A DNA stretch of 64,000 bases from an uncultured Clostridia bacterium (GTDB lineage: Bacteria > Bacillota > Clostridia > Saccharofermentanales > DTU023). Below, in pieces: positions 59,933 to 64,000 of this stretch. Numbering within the stretch: position 1 is the stretch's first letter; each line of letters opens with the position of its first letter. A program made the position numbers and the translations under genes. Where the stretch lies: assembly GCA_946220865.1 (NCBI GenBank), contig CAMJYM010000002.1, forward strand, positions 38,890 to 102,889, read 5' to 3'. The notes under the pieces were generated by a model, which was given only the letters and a program-made list of their open reading frames with translations, made no database searches and was not told the DNA's origin.

Positions 59933-60153
59933 ATAAAATTAAATGTGGGTATAAAATATCTCCCGAGAGGCTTAAATCATTGGTGTTAAAACAAATTTCG
60001 TAAGCGGTAAGAGATTCATAAAAACAGAATTTTGATAATTCAAGATTCTGCCACACTTACGGTCATTTGTTCTTTTAAATATGAATGCCTTTGCTGCTAT
60101 TAAGCTTTTAGGATGTACTTTAATACCCCGGGGAAACCTGAAAGGAGACGTGT

Positions 60154-62064
60154 ATGAAAAAAATCATCGTTTTACTTCTCTGTCTGCTCATGCTGGCGCC
60201 TGCCTGCCTGTTCGCTCCTGGAGTAAAAGCAGAAGAAATTAAGGATTGGGTTGAATATGAGCTTCAATCCAACGAAATGACCACCTTTAATATTTTCCAC
60301 ACTCACTCAGCCGTTGATTTTAACATTCTCACGAATGGTATTGACGCACTGCTCACGCACAATAATTATGGCCAGCTTCTGCCCAATATTGCCGATAAAT
60401 GGGAAACTCCCGATAATGGCAAAACCTGGAATTTCCATATTCGTGATGGTGTGACCTGGGTGGACATGAATGGTGAGTATAAGGCAGATGTCGTCGCTGA
60501 AGACTGGGTCTGGGGCTTGGAATGGGTGCTGAACTTCCACAAAAATGACTCATACAATACTTCCATGCCGATTGAGATGATTAAAGGAGCAAAAGAATAC
60601 TACGAGTATACCAAGGGGCTGGACGCTGAAGAAGCCAAAGCTCTGAAACTGGATAAATTCCTGGAAATGGTTGGCATTGAGGCTGTTGATAAAAATACAT
60701 TAAAGTATACGCTAAACAGTGAATATCCTTATTTCGCTACTCTGGCCACCTATGCCTGTCTCTATCCTGTTAGCGGTAAACTGCTCGAAGAAATAGGTGT
60801 TGATGGGTTCCGTGCGGCGACCAATGAAAACATCTGGTACAGCGGCCCCTATCTGGTGACAAGCTTTATCCATCAAAATGAAAAAGTTCTGAGCAAAAAT
60901 CCTTCCTACTGGAACAAGGAAGCTAAAGTTTTTGATACCATCACCATCAAGATGGTGGAGTCTGATGAAATGGCATTTCAGCTTCTGCAAACCGGTGAAA
61001 ACAACCGCTGTTTCCTTACTGAAGCCAATTTGCAGACGATCTGGAAAAACAAGGATAACGAATTCCATGACTACCTCGTGGAAAATCGTCCTTCTGTGAC
61101 CTCCATGCAGATTCACTTTAACTTTGACAAGCTTAACGAAGACGGCAGCAAGGATGAAAACTGGAATAAGGCCATTGGTAATCTGGCCTTCCGGCAGTGC
61201 TGGCTCTATGGCATTGATATGACACCTGCACTAAGCCGGGTTAATGCCATCAATCCGATTGGTTCCGCCAACTACACCTACTCTTCTCCTAACCTCGTCT
61301 ATGATGACAACGGCGTCGATTACCGCGATCTCGTTCTCGAACGTCTGAACATCAAGCCAGACCCGGATAAATTCGTCCGTTATGATGCCGAGAAGGCTGC
61401 AGCCCTGAAAAAGCAAGCAATGGAAGAACTCAGTGCCGAAGGCGTGACCTTCCCCGTTAAGGCTGTTTTCTATGTGAAGAGTGGCGATCAGACCGAGTTT
61501 GATACAGCCACCGTCTGGAAACATTTGATCAAAGACTCCCTGGGCGATGATTTTGTTGTCATGGAAATCAAGGAATTTGTCTCCTCCCGTAATGAAGAAG
61601 TGATCGAGCCACAGCTTTACGGTTTCTGCTTCAACGGCTGGAGCCCTGATTACGGCGATCCGATCAGTAACGTTGCCCAGGAAACCATCGGCGAAGACAA
61701 TGCCTTCTATTCTGTTGAGTACAGCAATATCAATAACGTTGACAAAGATACTGAACTGGTCAAAGAATACGAGGAATATACGCACATGGTGCGTGAAGCC
61801 GCTGCTATCAACGATGATATGAACGCCCGCTATCATAAATTCGCGGATGCCGAAGCCTATCTCGTCGAACACGCTTTTACCATTCCTTACTATGTCTCGG
61901 TGGCGTGGATGATTACCAATTTCAACGTCTATTCTAAGATTTATTCACCCTATGGTATTCAGGTGAACAGACGAGTCAACTGGGAGACCAGCACAGACTT
62001 TTATACGACTGAAGAATACAAAACTTTCAAAGAAGCCTTTGAAGCGGGAAAACCCGGGAAATAA
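60154..62064 (+). CDS. peptide/nickel-type (family 5) ABC substrate-binding protein
   Basis: Signal peptide MKKIIVLLLCLLMLAPACLFAPGVKA. 636 aa. It is followed by OppB/OppC-type permeases. Confidence 0.88.
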   Translation: MKKIIVLLLCLLMLAPACLFAPGVKAEEIKDWVEYELQSNEMTTFNIFHTHSAVDFNILTNGIDALLTHNNYGQLLPNIADKWETPDNGKTWNFHIRDGVTWVDMNGEYKADVVAEDWVWGLEWVLNFHKNDSYNTSMPIEMIKGAKEYYEYTKGLDAEEAKALKLDKFLEMVGIEAVDKNTLKYTLNSEYPYFATLATYACLYPVSGKLLEEIGVDGFRAATNENIWYSGPYLVTSFIHQNEKVLSKNPSYWNKEAKVFDTITIKMVESDEMAFQLLQTGENNRCFLTEANLQTIWKNKDNEFHDYLVENRPSVTSMQIHFNFDKLNEDGSKDENWNKAIGNLAFRQCWLYGIDMTPALSRVNAINPIGSANYTYSSPNLVYDDNGVDYRDLVLERLNIKPDPDKFVRYDAEKAAALKKQAMEELSAEGVTFPVKAVFYVKSGDQTEFDTATVWKHLIKDSLGDDFVVMEIKEFVSSRNEEVIEPQLYGFCFNGWSPDYGDPISNVAQETIGEDNAFYSVEYSNINNVDKDTELVKEYEEYTHMVREAAAINDDMNARYHKFADAEAYLVEHAFTIPYYVSVAWMITNFNVYSKIYSPYGIQVNRRVNWETSTDFYTTEEYKTFKEAFEAGKPGK

Positions 62065-62167
62065 GTTTTCTTAAGCTTCAACTTTTGCATTCTGCCGGTT
62101 CATGCTGAGCTGGCAGAATGCTCTTAACCTGAACCCGCATTGGCGGAACAATGAACAGGGAAACCAT

Positions 62168-63118
62168 ATGGCCATTTATATCTTGAAAAGGCTATTTCAG
62201 TCTTGCATTACCGTATTGATTATCGTGACACTCGTTTTCTTGATGTTACGTATGCTGCCGACAGACTACTATTTCACCGAAAACGAGCTGACCAAACTCA
62301 ACGAAGAACAAAAGCACGACATCCTAGAAGCCCAAGGTCTTCTGGATCCCCCACTGATTCAGCTTGGCCGCTTTTACAAAGACTTGCTGCAAGGAGATCT
62401 GGGCACCTCACGGCGCATCAAGAGCGGTCAGCCTGTGACCAAATTGATCGGAAAGAAGCTTGTTATATCCATGAAAATGGGTTTGATAGCCCTTGGCATT
62501 TCTTTGTTCGTCGGCGTGATCAGCGGAGTTTTTCAGGCTCTGCGCAAGGGCAGGCTATTTGATAAAATTGGTACAGCTTACACCATTTTTGCCAATGCGG
62601 TTCCCAAACTTGTATCGTATTCGCTTATTCTGGTACTGGGCGCACGTGTTTTCAACCTACCGTCCATGTTTACCTACCGTAATGTCGTGCGCTCAAGTAT
62701 TTTGCCAGTCATTTGCCTTTCTCTCGGCACGATAGCCAGTTATATGATTTGGACACGGCGTTATATGGTGGATGAACTCAGCAAAGACTATGTGCGTCTG
62801 GCCAAGATTAAAGGTTTGTCAGACCGGGCAATCGTCTTTAAGCACGTCCTTAAAAACGCGTTCGTTCCGCTGGTTCAATTTATTCCCGGCGCTTTTCTCT
62901 ACACTATGGGTGGATCTCTCCTCGTAGAGCGTTTCTTTTCTGTCCCTGGAATGGGAACTTTGCTCACAGATGCCATCAACCGTTATGATACGTCTGTCGT
63001 GCAAATTGTCATCATGTTCTACGCTGTTCTTGGCGTGCTCGGCGTTTTACTCGGAGACCTTCTCATGATTATGATCGATCCGCGTATTCGACTGACAAAT
63101 GATAAAGGAGCACGCTGA
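62168..63118 (+). CDS. ABC transporter permease (OppB/DppB-like)
   Basis: MAIYILKRLFQSCITVLIIVTLVFLMLRMLP is the typical OppB N-terminus. There is an EAA-like loop, and the protein ends ...IDPRIRL. Confidence 0.9.
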   Translation: MAIYILKRLFQSCITVLIIVTLVFLMLRMLPTDYYFTENELTKLNEEQKHDILEAQGLLDPPLIQLGRFYKDLLQGDLGTSRRIKSGQPVTKLIGKKLVISMKMGLIALGISLFVGVISGVFQALRKGRLFDKIGTAYTIFANAVPKLVSYSLILVLGARVFNLPSMFTYRNVVRSSILPVICLSLGTIASYMIWTRRYMVDELSKDYVRLAKIKGLSDRAIVFKHVLKNAFVPLVQFIPGAFLYTMGGSLLVERFFSVPGMGTLLTDAINRYDTSVVQIVIMFYAVLGVLGVLLGDLLMIMIDPRIRLTNDKGAR

Positions 63119-64000
63119 TGTTAAGTAATCATGATTTACATGCGACCGCACTTACCCCTGTTCCCCAGCTTAAAAATCTCACAGAGCTAAAGGAAGAGGA
63201 TTTATTCAGCAAAGTTTCCTATAATCCGGAAGCGGGAGAAATAGGAGGTTATTCCGGCTACTCCTATTGGAAATCGGTATGGACGACTTTTCTTCACAAT
63301 AAACTTGCGGTGGCCCTGCTGATCGTTTTTCTTGCCGTCTTCGTCTTTACATTTATTGCCGGCCCCATCGGAAAATATCAATATGACGAACTGATCCCCG
63401 ACAACAGCAAGATCTTCCTGCCCTCCAGCTCAGAATACTGGTTCGGCACGGACAATCTGGGGCGGGATTACTGGACGCAGGTCTGGTACGCGGCTCAAAC
63501 ATCCATCAAACTGGCTTTGACGGTCGGCCTGGGTGAAATTGTGCTGGGTGTGATCATCGGTCTGATCTGGGGATACGTCCGCAGCACCGACCGCTTTTTC
63601 ACTGAACTTTACAACATTATTGATAACATTCCCACCATTATCTATATGACGCTGATCGCCCTCCTGATCGGCCGCAGTTTCTGGATTATGGCCATATCCC
63701 TGATTTTACTGGATTGGCTCTACACTGCACGCAATGTACGCAACCTGGTCATGGTTTACCGTGACCGTGAATATAATCTCGCCTCCCGCTGTCTGGGAAC
63801 TAAAGTAAGCCGTATCCTTTACCGGAACATTCTGCCCTACCTTGTCAGTGTGATCATTCTGCGTCTGGCCCTCAGTATTCCAGGGACCATCGCCTGGGAA
63901 TCCACTCTCTCGTATCTGGGGCTGGGCCTCGATATGAGCACCCCTTCACTGGGGATACTACTGCGCAATGCCAGAGCCTATTTTATTGATTACCCCCATC
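63118..64000 (+). CDS. ABC transporter permease (OppC/DppC-like), 3' end outside the window
   Basis: The ATG overlaps the upstream stop (TGATG). My own translation gives ...YWFGTDNLGRDYWTQVWYAAQTSIKLAL.... The ORF is open to the window edge and is not in the supplied ORF track. Confidence 0.85.
   Translation, partial: MLSNHDLHATALTPVPQLKNLTELKEEDLFSKVSYNPEAGEIGGYSGYSYWKSVWTTFLHNKLAVALLIVFLAVFVFTFIAGPIGKYQYDELIPDNSKIFLPSSSEYWFGTDNLGRDYWTQVWYAAQTSIKLALTVGLGEIVLGVIIGLIWGYVRSTDRFFTELYNIIDNIPTIIYMTLIALLIGRSFWIMAISLILLDWLYTARNVRNLVMVYRDREYNLASRCLGTKVSRILYRNILPYLVSVIILRLALSIPGTIAWESTLSYLGLGLDMSTPSLGILLRNARAYFIDYPH

Overview
This is a 64-kb chromosomal segment with roughly mid-50s %GC by eye. Gene content and order suggest a Gram-positive anaerobe, probably Clostridia-like; that assignment is inference. 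I support about 50 protein genes, one tRNA-Arg(CCG), two gene remnants, several hand-folded terminators, a few promoters and several repeat sets.

Layout:
- 1-12.8 kb: tandem alpha/beta hydrolases, then a minus-strand housekeeping block (mfd, pth, rlmH, YycJ-like MBL hydrolase, murA, WalRK-like two-component system), tRNA-Arg, an HD phosphohydrolase and rpmB.
- 12.8-15.4 kb: an AT-richer islet with relBE and an orphan secreted protein.
- 15.4-34 kb: transport and metabolism genes. These are an ABC importer, a lone urocanase, a GlmL-like ATPase, pckA-speA-speE-speB, an aminotransferase, a COG2509 flavoprotein and a GntP permease.
- 34-44.6 kb: an M16C peptidase followed by a cluster rich in envelope thiol-redox genes.
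- 44.8-48.9 kb: an ABC-2 exporter.
- 49.2-52.5 kb: a YdjI/YdjG/YdjH-like SPFH, zinc-ribbon and TPM triad.
- 52.9-56.1 kb: an acyl-CoA dehydrogenase-ETFalpha-rubredoxin fusion next to a flavodiiron protein.
- 56.2-58.9 kb: a second AT-rich islet with an orphan membrane protein and a DUF4143-type AAA ATPase.
- 58.9-64 kb: ybaK and the start of an Opp/Dpp-like peptide importer.

No CRISPR array, transposase, integrase or rRNA is visible.

The most promising candidates for undescribed biology are:
1. The CXXC micro-protein, membrane polyferredoxin and TlpA-like lipoprotein operon at 42.5-44.6 kb.
2. The ACAD-ETFalpha-rubredoxin fusion with the flavodiiron protein.
3. The SPFH/zinc-ribbon/TPM triad, which has no pspA in this window.
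4. An iteron-like array of 27-nt repeats in the 0.45-kb rpmB/HD-gene spacer.

All functional calls come from motif recognition by eye. No database search was run.
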